This document shows positions 29,156 through 37,557 of a stretch of 64,000 nt of DNA, in pieces. The notes under the pieces were generated by a model. It was not told where the DNA came from and searched no databases. It saw only the letters and a program-made list of their open reading frames with translations. This stretch comes from Chloroflexota bacterium (GTDB taxonomy: Bacteria; Chloroflexota; Anaerolineae; Anaerolineales; Villigracilaceae), in the NCBI GenBank assembly GCA_013388855.1, contig JACAEM010000004.1:101113-165112 (forward strand), read 5' to 3'. The position numbers were made by a program, and so were the translations under genes. How positions within the stretch are numbered: the stretch's first letter is position 1; each line of letters begins with the position of its first letter.

Positions 29156-29887
29156 ATGTCGAATGTTGCTCTTGAAGTCAAAGACCTGGTCAAATCCTTT
29201 TCACTGGATGGTGCGACCATCCATGCCGTGGACAATGTCTCGTTCCAGGTGAAGTCTGGTGAGTTTGTGGCGTTGGTTGGTCCCAGCGGTTCCGGCAAGA
29301 CCACGATGCTCTCCATCCTTGCCGCATTGCTGGCGCCCACCAGCGGGCAGGTCTTGATCGATGGGCAGGACCTGGCTCAGATGGACGAAAAACGCCGCGT
29401 GAAACTGCGCCGCGAGAAGATCGGGTTTACATTCCAGTCGAACAACCTGATTCCATTTCTGACTGCGCAGGAAAATGTGGAATTCATGCTACGCCTGAAT
29501 GGTCAGGCGAACAAGGCGGGGCGTATGCGCTCGGCGGAAATCCTTGCCCGGCTCGGTCTCAATGACCGGCTGCACAACCTGCCTGCCCAACTCTCCGGCG
29601 GACAGCAGCAACGCGTTGCCATTGCCCGTGCGCTCATCCACAATCCCGCCGTGGTGCTGGCAGACGAACCGACCGCCTCCCTCGACACCGAACGCGCCTT
29701 CCAGGTGGTGGAAACCTTTGCGAGACTGGTGCATGAAAACAACCGCGCGGGAATCATGGTCACCCATGATCTGCGGATGTGCCAATATGTGGACAGGGTG
29801 TTGCAAATGCAGGACGGTAAACTGGTGCGGGTCTATGAGACAAAAGACGAGATCATGGGGCTGGCGATGGAAACAGTGAAGCATTGA
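29156..29887 (+). CDS. ABC transporter ATP-binding protein (MacB/LolD-like)
   Basis: Motifs are GPSGSGKTT, LSGGQQQRVAIARAL and LADEPT. Confidence 0.9.
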   Translation: MSNVALEVKDLVKSFSLDGATIHAVDNVSFQVKSGEFVALVGPSGSGKTTMLSILAALLAPTSGQVLIDGQDLAQMDEKRRVKLRREKIGFTFQSNNLIPFLTAQENVEFMLRLNGQANKAGRMRSAEILARLGLNDRLHNLPAQLSGGQQQRVAIARALIHNPAVVLADEPTASLDTERAFQVVETFARLVHENNRAGIMVTHDLRMCQYVDRVLQMQDGKLVRVYETKDEIMGLAMETVKH

Positions 29888-29891
29888 GAAA

Positions 29892-29927
29892 ACATCCGAA
29901 GTCTCGCAGGCTTCGGATGTCTCTTTA
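29892..29927. terminator. bidirectional intrinsic terminator
   Basis: ACATCCGAAG / CTTCGGATGT form a 10-bp stem. T-rich runs follow on both strands. Confidence 0.7.
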
Positions 29928-30000
29928 TAACAAGGTTTATCGTTGAATGATTTCAGGAGCGAAATTCAGCCTTCGAGATGTTCATCCCAAAATGATGTCT

Positions 30001-30564
30001 TTAGTTGCCATGAAAGAACTTATCCATGGGCGGAGCGATGTTTTCGGGAATATCCTCGCCCCACGCGCTGCCGTCGATGACTTCGCCGGTCTGCTTTCCT
30101 TCCGAGTCCAGTTTGAAGTAGACCGGAATGGCATCGAAGGCAAAATTCTGCACCCTGCCGTCGTCCCACTCCCATTCATCCACATCCAGTTTGATGATGT
30201 ATGTGCCATCGTAGGCATTCATCATCAAAGGGTCTTTCGACTTGATCCATTTATCGATTGCCTGACAGGGCGGACACCACTTCGCGTCGAATTCGACCAC
30301 GGGCATCCGCCCCTGTGAAGTGGCTTTTTGCGCCTCTTCTTTGAGCATGGCTTGCAGGTCGCCATCTCCGGGGTGGAGGCGGACAATGGTAAAACCGGTT
30401 GTCTCTTCCGGTTCCTCTGCCGGGGGCAGGGGACCTGTCTCGACAGGCTTGTCTGTCGGGATCGCTGGTTGCGTTGGCATTGCTTCCTGCGCCGGGGAAA
30501 GGATGTTACACGCCAGGACAATCACCGGCAAGAACAAAAACACAATCCTTTTATTCATTTTCAT
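30001..30564 (-). CDS. thioredoxin-fold lipoprotein (WCPPC)
   Basis: Signal peptide with VLAC lipobox (MKMNKRIVFLFLPVIVLAC), a Pro-rich linker and the active site AKWCPPCQ. Confidence 0.75.
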   Translation of the reverse strand: MKMNKRIVFLFLPVIVLACNILSPAQEAMPTQPAIPTDKPVETGPLPPAEEPEETTGFTIVRLHPGDGDLQAMLKEEAQKATSQGRMPVVEFDAKWCPPCQAIDKWIKSKDPLMMNAYDGTYIIKLDVDEWEWDDGRVQNFAFDAIPVYFKLDSEGKQTGEVIDGSAWGEDIPENIAPPMDKFFHGN

Positions 30565-31093
30565 CTCCCATGATTGACATCCCTGCTCCCGGCACGCGGA
30601 TTGGGATGAGTTTTCCAACGACTGGAGCCTTGCACCCGTTTCCACTGCAAGACATATATGTGACTTTAACGGTCTCATCCACCCATTCGTTCCCGGGAGG
30701 AAGTTGGACGGGCAGGCTCAAGGTCACTATCCCGGCTGGATAAACGAGCAATTCCATCGGCTCAAAATCCGGGATTTCCGAGGGAACACATTCGAGTAAC
30801 CCGCCCAATGACCTCATCTGGCTATTTGCTGACAACTCAAGCAGTGTGGGGCGGCCAAGTCCTTCCACGCCGGTGAGGGGGATGTCCTTGCTGTACAGAT
30901 GATGCCCATTTGGCGGTATGAACGTTGCCAAGAGAAAATGGTTCCCATCCGTGTTGGCTTCGAGGCGAATGGAGACTTCCACATCATTTTCAGTGAATGT
31001 CGCCAGCAACAGGGCATCGTTTTTCTGTTTTATACAGGCAGAAATGAGCACACTCAACGCGAAAGTAAGCAGACACTTAACTCCCAGTTTCAT
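30551..31093 (-). CDS. lipoprotein resembling the DsbD/DsbC N-terminal disulfide-corrector domain
   Basis: Lipobox LISAC, an aromatic HHLYSKD segment and the C-terminal YMSCSGNGCKAPV pattern resemble DsbD-alpha-like domains. The assignment rests on motif resemblance only. The start was set at ATG 31093. Confidence 0.5.
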   Translation of the reverse strand: MKLGVKCLLTFALSVLISACIKQKNDALLLATFTENDVEVSIRLEANTDGNHFLLATFIPPNGHHLYSKDIPLTGVEGLGRPTLLELSANSQMRSLGGLLECVPSEIPDFEPMELLVYPAGIVTLSLPVQLPPGNEWVDETVKVTYMSCSGNGCKAPVVGKLIPIRVPGAGMSIMGDENE

Positions 31094-31164
31094 GAGATCA
31101 TTATAAAACAGGACCTCCGAAGGATGAACTCCCTCGGAGGTCTCATGAAATACTCCGGCTATCT

Positions 31165-32097
31165 TCACTCGATTTCTTCCGGCACTAGATCCTTTGCAGC
31201 TTGTCTGCTCGAAACCTGCCGCGCATAATTAATCAGGAAGACCGATCCGATAATAATGGCAGACGCAACTGCAATCCGGGCATTCAATTCCTCCCCAGCC
31301 AAAAGCCAGCCGAGAAAGACCGCCACAACCGGATTGACGTACGCGTAAGTCGAAAACAGGGATACCGGCGCATTCTGCAACAACCAACCATAGGATACGA
31401 AGCCGACGAGCGACCCAAACGTAATGAGGTAGATGAGTCCCAACCAGGAGCGCATCGAGACATCCCCGAAGCTGAATCCGTTTAATTCGCCGGTCGCCAC
31501 GCTGACGATGAACAACGCAACGGAGCCGACCAGCATTTGCATGGCTGTGGAGAGCAGCGTGGACTTGGGCATATCCGCGCCGCGGGCGTAGATTGACCCC
31601 ATCGACCAGAGTACCGGGGCGATCAACAGGAGTGTGATGCCAAACTTGTCGAAGGAATGTCCCGCGCCCATGATCTCCGCCGGACCCACCAGCAGGAACA
31701 CGCCGCTGAAACCGATCAAAAGTCCCAGAATCGAGAGCAGAGTGGGTCTATTCCCACCTGAGCGCATGGATTCGAACAACACCAGCCAAAATGGCGATGT
31801 GGTGATGAGTAGAGCCGCAATGCCCGAGGGCACACTTTTCTCAGCCAGCCCGACCAATCCATTCCCCCCAAGCAGCAGAAACGTCCCGACGATGGCTGTG
31901 GATTTCCAGTTGGATCTTGTCGGCAGCGGGTCGCCTGCCATGCGCCGCCAGAAAAACAGGATCGCGCCGGAAATCAGGAATCTCAGCGACGCGTGCATAA
32001 ACGGCGGGATGGTCTCCACTGCAAATCGAATAGCCAGATATGTGGAACCCCAGACAATATACAAAGCAATCAAAGCAGTCCAAAGTTTTGTTTTCAT
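31165..32097 (-). CDS. EamA/DMT family transporter
   Basis: Ten predicted hydrophobic helices, a duplicated EamA pattern and N-terminus LIALYIVWGSTYLAIRF. Confidence 0.85.
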   Translation of the reverse strand: MKTKLWTALIALYIVWGSTYLAIRFAVETIPPFMHASLRFLISGAILFFWRRMAGDPLPTRSNWKSTAIVGTFLLLGGNGLVGLAEKSVPSGIAALLITTSPFWLVLFESMRSGGNRPTLLSILGLLIGFSGVFLLVGPAEIMGAGHSFDKFGITLLLIAPVLWSMGSIYARGADMPKSTLLSTAMQMLVGSVALFIVSVATGELNGFSFGDVSMRSWLGLIYLITFGSLVGFVSYGWLLQNAPVSLFSTYAYVNPVVAVFLGWLLAGEELNARIAVASAIIIGSVFLINYARQVSSRQAAKDLVPEEIE

Positions 32098-32113
32098 TCT
32101 TCTCCAATAGATG

Positions 32114-32153
32114 TTCTCTCCGGCGGAGAGGGGCGTCCGAGGACAAGAGGTGG
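32114..32153 (+). repeat. palindromic G-rich repeat element, copy e
   Basis: The CTCTCC ggc GGAGAG hairpin is followed by GGGGCGTCCGAGGACAAGAGGTGG. It is intergenic, between the EamA gene and the Ogt-fusion gene. Confidence 0.55.
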
Positions 32154-32165
32154 TGAAATCCAGCC

Positions 32166-33014
32166 TTACAATCGATTCACTTGTGCCGACTCATAGGCCA
32201 GCAGCGCCATCTTGCGCGGTGTGCCATACCGATACTTTCCAAATTCACCCACTTTGCGTATTACGCGATGGCACGGGATCAAGACTGCAATGGGATTATG
32301 CCCAACCGCAGCGCCCACAGCTCTGGATGCAGTCGGTTGCCCAATCCTTTCGGCGAGTCCTTCATAGGTGGTCACTGCCCCGATAGGAATGGTGAGCAAA
32401 GCCTCCCACACCTTCAATTGAAAGTTTGTCCCGCGCAGGTGAATATTCAACCTGCCGCGTGAATTCAGGTCGAAGATCGGCTCGATTAATGGAGCTGTGG
32501 CTTTGTGATCTTCGATCAAGCGGGCGTTTTTCCAATTGGCAACTAAATTGTCGATGGCGTCGCCTTCGCTTTGTTGGATAAAGCCCAAGTGGCAGATTCC
32601 ACGCTCGGTAACGGCGACCAGACATTTCCCGAAGGGCGAAGCGTGTAATCCATAGCGGATGGTTACTCCTTCGCCGTGTGATTTATATTCGCCGGGCGAA
32701 ACTGCCTCTGTTGTCACGAAGAGGTCGTGTAGCCGCCCCAGGCTGGAGAGTCCCACCTGATGGGTGGTATCCAACAGATTTTCCGAACGGTTGAGCAGTC
32801 CTTTGGCGCCTTCCTTGGTCAGAAACTGTAAAAAGCGCTTCGGGCTGACCCCTGCCCAGCGTGTGAACAGGCGTTGGAAATGATACTCGCTCAGTCCAAT
32901 ACTTGCCGCCAGTTCTTCGAGGCTGGGCTGGTCTTTGTAATGGGTTTCAAGGTACAGGATCGCCTGTTCGATACGCAGGTAATCCTCTGAAAGTTGATTG
33001 AGGTTTGTGTTCAT
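32166..33014 (-). CDS. AraC-type HTH fused to methylated-DNA--protein-cysteine methyltransferase (Ada/Ogt-like)
   Basis: The HTH is LSEYHFQRLFTRWAGVSPKRF and the Ogt active site is IPCHRV. The start is ATG 33014 with AAGGAG upstream. The rest of the 614-aa track ORF is antisense to the oxidase gene. Confidence 0.85.
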   Translation of the reverse strand: MNTNLNQLSEDYLRIEQAILYLETHYKDQPSLEELAASIGLSEYHFQRLFTRWAGVSPKRFLQFLTKEGAKGLLNRSENLLDTTHQVGLSSLGRLHDLFVTTEAVSPGEYKSHGEGVTIRYGLHASPFGKCLVAVTERGICHLGFIQQSEGDAIDNLVANWKNARLIEDHKATAPLIEPIFDLNSRGRLNIHLRGTNFQLKVWEALLTIPIGAVTTYEGLAERIGQPTASRAVGAAVGHNPIAVLIPCHRVIRKVGEFGKYRYGTPRKMALLAYESAQVNRL

Positions 33015-33077
33015 AGCGTCTCCTTGTGAACCAATTCTATGAACAAGATTTGTCCTTGTCGACCCGATTCTTGCTAT

Positions 33078-33119
33078 GTTCCCCTCTCCTGATGGGAGAG
33101 GGATGGGGTAAGGGTGAAC
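33078..33119 (+). repeat. palindromic G-rich repeat element, copy b
   Basis: The CCCTCTCC tgatg GGAGAGGG hairpin (8 bp) is followed by ATGGGGTAAGGGTGAAC. It lies in the divergent promoter region. Confidence 0.6.
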
Positions 33120-33224
33120 TTGATAAAACTCGCCAATCTTATCATGCCTTACTCCCACCATGCGCCCCTTGTTCCTCGACCAGTTATTGGATAAGATATA
33201 TCCATATTCGTTTTGGAGGTTTTC

Positions 33225-34658
33225 ATGCAATCTGCTCATTCCATTCAGGATTATATTGACGTGGTCAGGCAGGGGATCGAAAAGAAATTTGGTTCCGGGA
33301 AACCGAAAAAAGTGGTGATCGTGGGAGCGGGTCTCGCGGGACTGGCGGCTGGATTCGAACTGAAGCGCGCCGGACATGCCCCGATCATCCTCGAAGCGCA
33401 ACAGCGCGTCGGCGGGCGCGTGTACACCCTGCGCGCTCCCTTCACCGATGGGCTGTACGCCGAAGTCGGCGCGATGCGTATCCCGCGTGTGCATACTCTG
33501 ACGATGGAATACATCGAAAAGTTCGGGCTGAAGACCAACGATTTCACGATGGATAATCCAAACGCATATTATTACATGGGCGGCAGAAAGGTCCGGGCCC
33601 ACGAGGCGGCGAAGGATCCGTCCCTGCTGGGATTCGACGTGGCACCGAACGAAAAAGGGAAGACCGCCAGTCAGATGTACATGAAAGCCATTCAGCCGCT
33701 GATCGACCTGATCCAGCGCGATGGCGAGGAAGGTTGGGAGGAAATTGTCGCGGACTATGACCAATATTCCACGCGTGAATTTTTGGAATTGAACGGCTGG
33801 TCGGAAGGCATGATCGAAATGTTCGGTCTGCTGGCGAATCAGGAGTCGGTCATGAACTCCTCCTTCCTTGAGTTGTTCCGGGAGGATTCGGGGAACTATT
33901 ACACGAACATGATCGAAATCCAGGGCGGCACCGACCGGCTTCCGTACGCTTTTCTCCCCGAATTGAAAGACAATATCCGCTTTGGCGCGAAGATGATCGC
34001 CATCGACCAATCACCCGATGACGTGACCATCCATTATCAAACGCTGGCAGGAAAGTTCACGGAGACGGGCGATTATGCCATTATTACCGTCCCCTTTCCG
34101 GTCCTGCGCCATGTGGAAGTACTCAAACCGTTCACGCGTGCCAAACAGCGTGCCATCCGACAATTACATTACGACGCTTCGGCGAAGATCCTTTTCCAGT
34201 GCAAACGCCGCTTCTGGGAAGAAGATGACGGCATCTTTGGCGGAGGCACACTTACCGACCTGCCGATCCGCAATTTGTATTATCCCGATCATGGAAGGGA
34301 GACCGGTCGCGGCGTGATCCTGGCCAGTTACACCTGGTCAGAGGATGCCCAGCGCTGGGGTTCCCTCAAACCGGACGATCGCATCATCCAGGCGCTGGAC
34401 GATGTCGCGGAGATCCATCCGCAGGTCACAAAGGAATTTGAGGTGGGCGCCTCCTGGATGTGGCACGACGACGAATTTGCAGGCGGCGCCTTTGCATTGT
34501 TCGACCCCGGACAGCAGACACTGTTGCACGATGAGATTATCAAACCGGAGGGACGCATCCATTTTGCAGGGGAACATGCCTCGCTCTATCATGCATGGAT
34601 TCAAGGGGCGTTCGAGTCGGGTCTGCGTGCGGCGACGGCGATTCATCAAGCCCCGTAA
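33225..34658 (+). CDS. flavin-containing amine oxidase (L-amino acid / monoamine oxidase-like)
   Basis: The FAD motif is VVIVGAGLAGLAAGFELKRAGH, followed by EAQQRVGGRV. The start was set at ATG 33225, 5 nt after GGAGG. Confidence 0.85.
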   Translation: MQSAHSIQDYIDVVRQGIEKKFGSGKPKKVVIVGAGLAGLAAGFELKRAGHAPIILEAQQRVGGRVYTLRAPFTDGLYAEVGAMRIPRVHTLTMEYIEKFGLKTNDFTMDNPNAYYYMGGRKVRAHEAAKDPSLLGFDVAPNEKGKTASQMYMKAIQPLIDLIQRDGEEGWEEIVADYDQYSTREFLELNGWSEGMIEMFGLLANQESVMNSSFLELFREDSGNYYTNMIEIQGGTDRLPYAFLPELKDNIRFGAKMIAIDQSPDDVTIHYQTLAGKFTETGDYAIITVPFPVLRHVEVLKPFTRAKQRAIRQLHYDASAKILFQCKRRFWEEDDGIFGGGTLTDLPIRNLYYPDHGRETGRGVILASYTWSEDAQRWGSLKPDDRIIQALDDVAEIHPQVTKEFEVGASWMWHDDEFAGGAFALFDPGQQTLLHDEIIKPEGRIHFAGEHASLYHAWIQGAFESGLRAATAIHQAP

Positions 34659-34664
34659 ACATTT

Positions 34665-34705
34665 AGGACCTGGCAGGTTTTTGGAAACCTGCCAGGTCCT
34701 TTGTA
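34665..34705 (+). terminator. intrinsic terminator after the amine oxidase gene
   Basis: AGGACCTGGCAGGTTT / AAACCTGCCAGGTCCT form a 16-bp perfect stem followed by TTGT. Confidence 0.7.
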
Positions 34706-35018
34706 GTCGATGCCCCGCCAATGCCGTGTGTTGCGGAGTTTTGAACCTGCTTTCGCAGGTGGGTCCCGACCCAGAAACGCCGCCTTGGCTCAGGCCTATC
34801 GCGTTATTTCTATAGGAGTTAGAGACCCGTTTAGTGAGTGTTGGCCCAAAACGGAAGGTGCAACATCACGCACACAGCAGGGACACAATTTTTATACCAT
34901 AAACATTCGTGCAAGGGTAGAGATAAATTAATTACGAAAAGTTAATCTTGGTTGCGTTCCCGATTGATTTGTGCTACTCTTGACTTGCTCGAAGATCAAC
35001 TTTCACAAGGAGAGTTCC

Positions 35019-36008
35019 ATGGCTACCGTTCCAGGGATCGATGTTTCTTATTGGAATGCGGGGATCGATTGGCCAAAAGTCCGTGCGACAGGTCAGCGGT
35101 TTGTTTTCGTCAAGGCGACTGAAGCGGATTATTACCGCGATCCCACCTTCGACGACAACTGGTTTGGCGCGAAGTCCGCGGGACTTCTACGAGGTGCCTA
35201 TCATTTCTTCCGCTGCAACGTGGATGCAAAGAAACAGGCGGATTATTTCGTCAATTATGTGAAATCATTCAATGACGAGGGTGAATTGCCTCCTGTGCTC
35301 GATCTTGAAACTCACGATAATCAGAAAAAAGAAAAGATCATTCCCGCAGTGAAGGTTTGGCTCGACCGAGTCGAATCTGCGTTCGGGCGAAAGCCCATCA
35401 TCTATTCCGGCCAGTATTTTCTTCAGGATTATTTTTCCGAAGCAGGCGGTGGGCCGCCTTCATGGGCAAAAGATTACCCGCTTTGGCTGGCGCAATATCC
35501 CAATCAATATACACCAGGTATGCAACCGTTCCTGCCGACCGGCTGGTTCAAATGGACGCTCTGGCAATACAGTAAACGCGGCTCGGTCAACGGCATTAAC
35601 GCCGATGTGGATCTCGACCTTTTCAATGGTACGCTGGAGGAGTTGTATAAATTCGCAGGCGCAAAACCGGCGGGTACCACACCCGAAACACCCAAAAAGC
35701 ACAAAGTGGTTGCAGGCGATACATTCGAGACCATTGCGATCAAATATGGAATCACCGTCCGCGAATTGGTCAGCGCCAACCCTCAATTGCTCAAGTCAGG
35801 CGATCAATTGACCATTCCCACGCCGGTGGCGATCCCAGCCGAAAACGGGGGCGCGACGACCGCTCCGCGCACCTATACCGTAAAGTCGGGGGATACGTTA
35901 TCATCCATTGCCGTCAAATTTGGGACAACCGTTGCAAAGATTGCTTCGGCAAACAATATCAAGAATGTCAACCTGATATCCGTTGGACAGGTGCTTGTCA
36001 TTCCGTAA
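35019..36008 (+). CDS. GH25 muramidase with two C-terminal LysM domains
   Basis: The GH25 N-terminus is [13 protein letters not shown]...FVFVKATE. Two LysM repeats are present ([17 protein letters not shown] and [17 protein letters not shown]). AAGGAG lies upstream of ATG 35019. Confidence 0.85.
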   Translation: MATVPGIDVSYWNAGIDWPKVRATGQRFVFVKATEADYYRDPTFDDNWFGAKSAGLLRGAYHFFRCNVDAKKQADYFVNYVKSFNDEGELPPVLDLETHDNQKKEKIIPAVKVWLDRVESAFGRKPIIYSGQYFLQDYFSEAGGGPPSWAKDYPLWLAQYPNQYTPGMQPFLPTGWFKWTLWQYSKRGSVNGINADVDLDLFNGTLEELYKFAGAKPAGTTPETPKKHKVVAGDTFETIAIKYGITVRELVSANPQLLKSGDQLTIPTPVAIPAENGGATTAPRTYTVKSGDTLSSIAVKFGTTVAKIASANNIKNVNLISVGQVLVIP

Positions 36009-36021
36009 TCTGATATGAAAA

Positions 36022-36058
36022 AAACATCCCCGCTACGCGTCACGCGGCGGGGATGTTT
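36022..36058. terminator. intrinsic terminator between the GH25 gene and asnS (strongest on minus strand)
   Basis: The CATCCCCGC / GCGGGGATG stem is followed by TTTTTTT on the minus strand. Confidence 0.7.
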
Positions 36059-36072
36059 GCTTCCGTCATGGA

Positions 36073-37416
36073 TTACGGATAGATTCGCTTGATCGTGCGC
36101 GGGAAGGGAATGGCCTCGCGGATGTGTTCAATGCCGCACATCCAGGCGGTGACGCGTTCGGTGCCCATGCCAAAGCCCGAGTGCGGGACTGATCCGTATT
36201 TTCGCAGTTCCAGATACCACTTGAATGCTTCCTCTGGCAGACCTTCCTTGCGGATGCGCGCCAGCAATTTGTCCGGGTCGCTCATGCGCTCGGAGCCGCC
36301 GCAGATTTCGCCGTAGCCTTCGGGCGCGAGCAAATCCACCGACTTGCAGACTTCGGGGCGACCGGGCCACGGCTCCATGTAAAACGCCTTCACCGCGGAC
36401 GGATAGCCATACACGAACACCGGCTTATCGTGCAGTTTGGTCAGTTCCACTTCGTGCGGCGCGCCGAAATCCATGCCCCATTCGAATTTGAGCAGTTCCT
36501 TGCGCTCAGGATCGGCCTCTTTTTCGTAGAGATCAATCAGGTATTTCGCCGCATCATCGTAGGACATACGCGGGAAGGGCGCGACGACCTTTTCAAGCTG
36601 GGAAGTGTCGCGCCCAAGGAATTTCAATTCAGCGGCACAATCCTTCAACACGGATTGCGCGATGTGGGTAATTAGCCCCTCTTCGATCTCCATCAATTGA
36701 TCTAGATCACAGAACGCGATCTCAGGTTCAAGCATCCAGAACTCAGTCAGATGGCGACGCGTCTTGGACTTCTCCGCCCGGAAGGTGGGACCATAGCAGT
36801 AGACTTTCCCAAAGGCGAAGATGTTGGCTTCATTGTAGAGTTGCCCCGTTTGGGCGAGGTAGGCAAAGCCTTCATCGAAGTAGGGCGTCTCGAAGAGAGT
36901 GGTCGTCCCTTCGGCGGCGGCAGGAGTGAGGATGGGCGTGTCGAGGTTGAAAAAGCCCTGACCATCGAGATATTCGCGCACCGCTTTCATGACGCGTACA
37001 CGTACGCGCAGGATCGCCCATTGACTCTGCATCCGAATCCACAGGTGACGATTGTCGAGCGCAAAGTCCACGCCATGATCTTTGAGCGCCATTGGGTAGT
37101 CCAGCGCCGCCTCCTGCACGATCTCGATTTGCCTCACGCCGATTTCATATCCGCCGGGGATGCCGGGAGCGCGCTTGTCCTCGCGAACAGAGCCTGTAAT
37201 AATGACCGACGACTCTTGCGGCAGATGAGAGACCCGATCGAAGACTTCGGGGTCGAGGTCGCCTTTGAAGGCGACGCATTGAATGAAGCCCGAGCCGTCG
37301 CGCACGAGCAGGAAACACAATTTGCCCTTATCCGTGCGGTTATAGACCCAGCCTTTGATGACGACATCCTGCCCGACGTAATTTGATATTTTTGAAACGC
37401 TGATGTATTCAGCCAT
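36073..37416 (-). CDS. asnS: asparagine--tRNA ligase
   Basis: Class IIb motifs, including FRAEKSKTRRHLTEFWMLEPE (AsnRS-type), plus an N-terminal OB fold. Length is 447 aa. Confidence 0.88.
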   Translation of the reverse strand: MAEYISVSKISNYVGQDVVIKGWVYNRTDKGKLCFLLVRDGSGFIQCVAFKGDLDPEVFDRVSHLPQESSVIITGSVREDKRAPGIPGGYEIGVRQIEIVQEAALDYPMALKDHGVDFALDNRHLWIRMQSQWAILRVRVRVMKAVREYLDGQGFFNLDTPILTPAAAEGTTTLFETPYFDEGFAYLAQTGQLYNEANIFAFGKVYCYGPTFRAEKSKTRRHLTEFWMLEPEIAFCDLDQLMEIEEGLITHIAQSVLKDCAAELKFLGRDTSQLEKVVAPFPRMSYDDAAKYLIDLYEKEADPERKELLKFEWGMDFGAPHEVELTKLHDKPVFVYGYPSAVKAFYMEPWPGRPEVCKSVDLLAPEGYGEICGGSERMSDPDKLLARIRKEGLPEEAFKWYLELRKYGSVPHSGFGMGTERVTAWMCGIEHIREAIPFPRTIKRIYP

Positions 37417-37448
37417 GTACGGGATCCTTTTATGTGGAGATTATGCCC

Positions 37449-37457
37449 ATTATAGCA
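37449..37457 (-). promoter_or_regulatory. extended -10 promoter TGCTATAAT upstream of asnS
   Basis: The minus strand reads CTGCTATAATggg..., 32 nt before the asnS ATG. Confidence 0.45.
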
Positions 37458-37527
37458 GAGACACTTCCCTCTAACCTTCCTCTGACGCCACGTTAATCTT
37501 TATCCGACAGCGCGTGATTAATATTTT

Positions 37528-37552
37528 CTCCGAAACGGCAATTATTTCGGAG
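37528..37552 (+). promoter_or_regulatory. 5' UTR hairpin sequestering the clpB Shine-Dalgarno sequence (RNA thermometer candidate)
   Basis: CTCCGAAA (37528..37535) pairs with TTTCGGAG (37545..37552) across a 9-nt loop. The 3' arm contains the GGAG of the GGAGGA SD, 5 nt before ATG 37558. Confidence 0.4.
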
Positions 37553-37557
37553 GAAGT

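Noticed and set aside
33015-34010. N-terminal 330 codons of the 614-aa track ORF 32166..34010.
   Set aside because: This part is antisense to the amine oxidase gene and crosses the repeat element and the promoter region. The real gene starts at ATG 33014, which has an AAGGAG SD.
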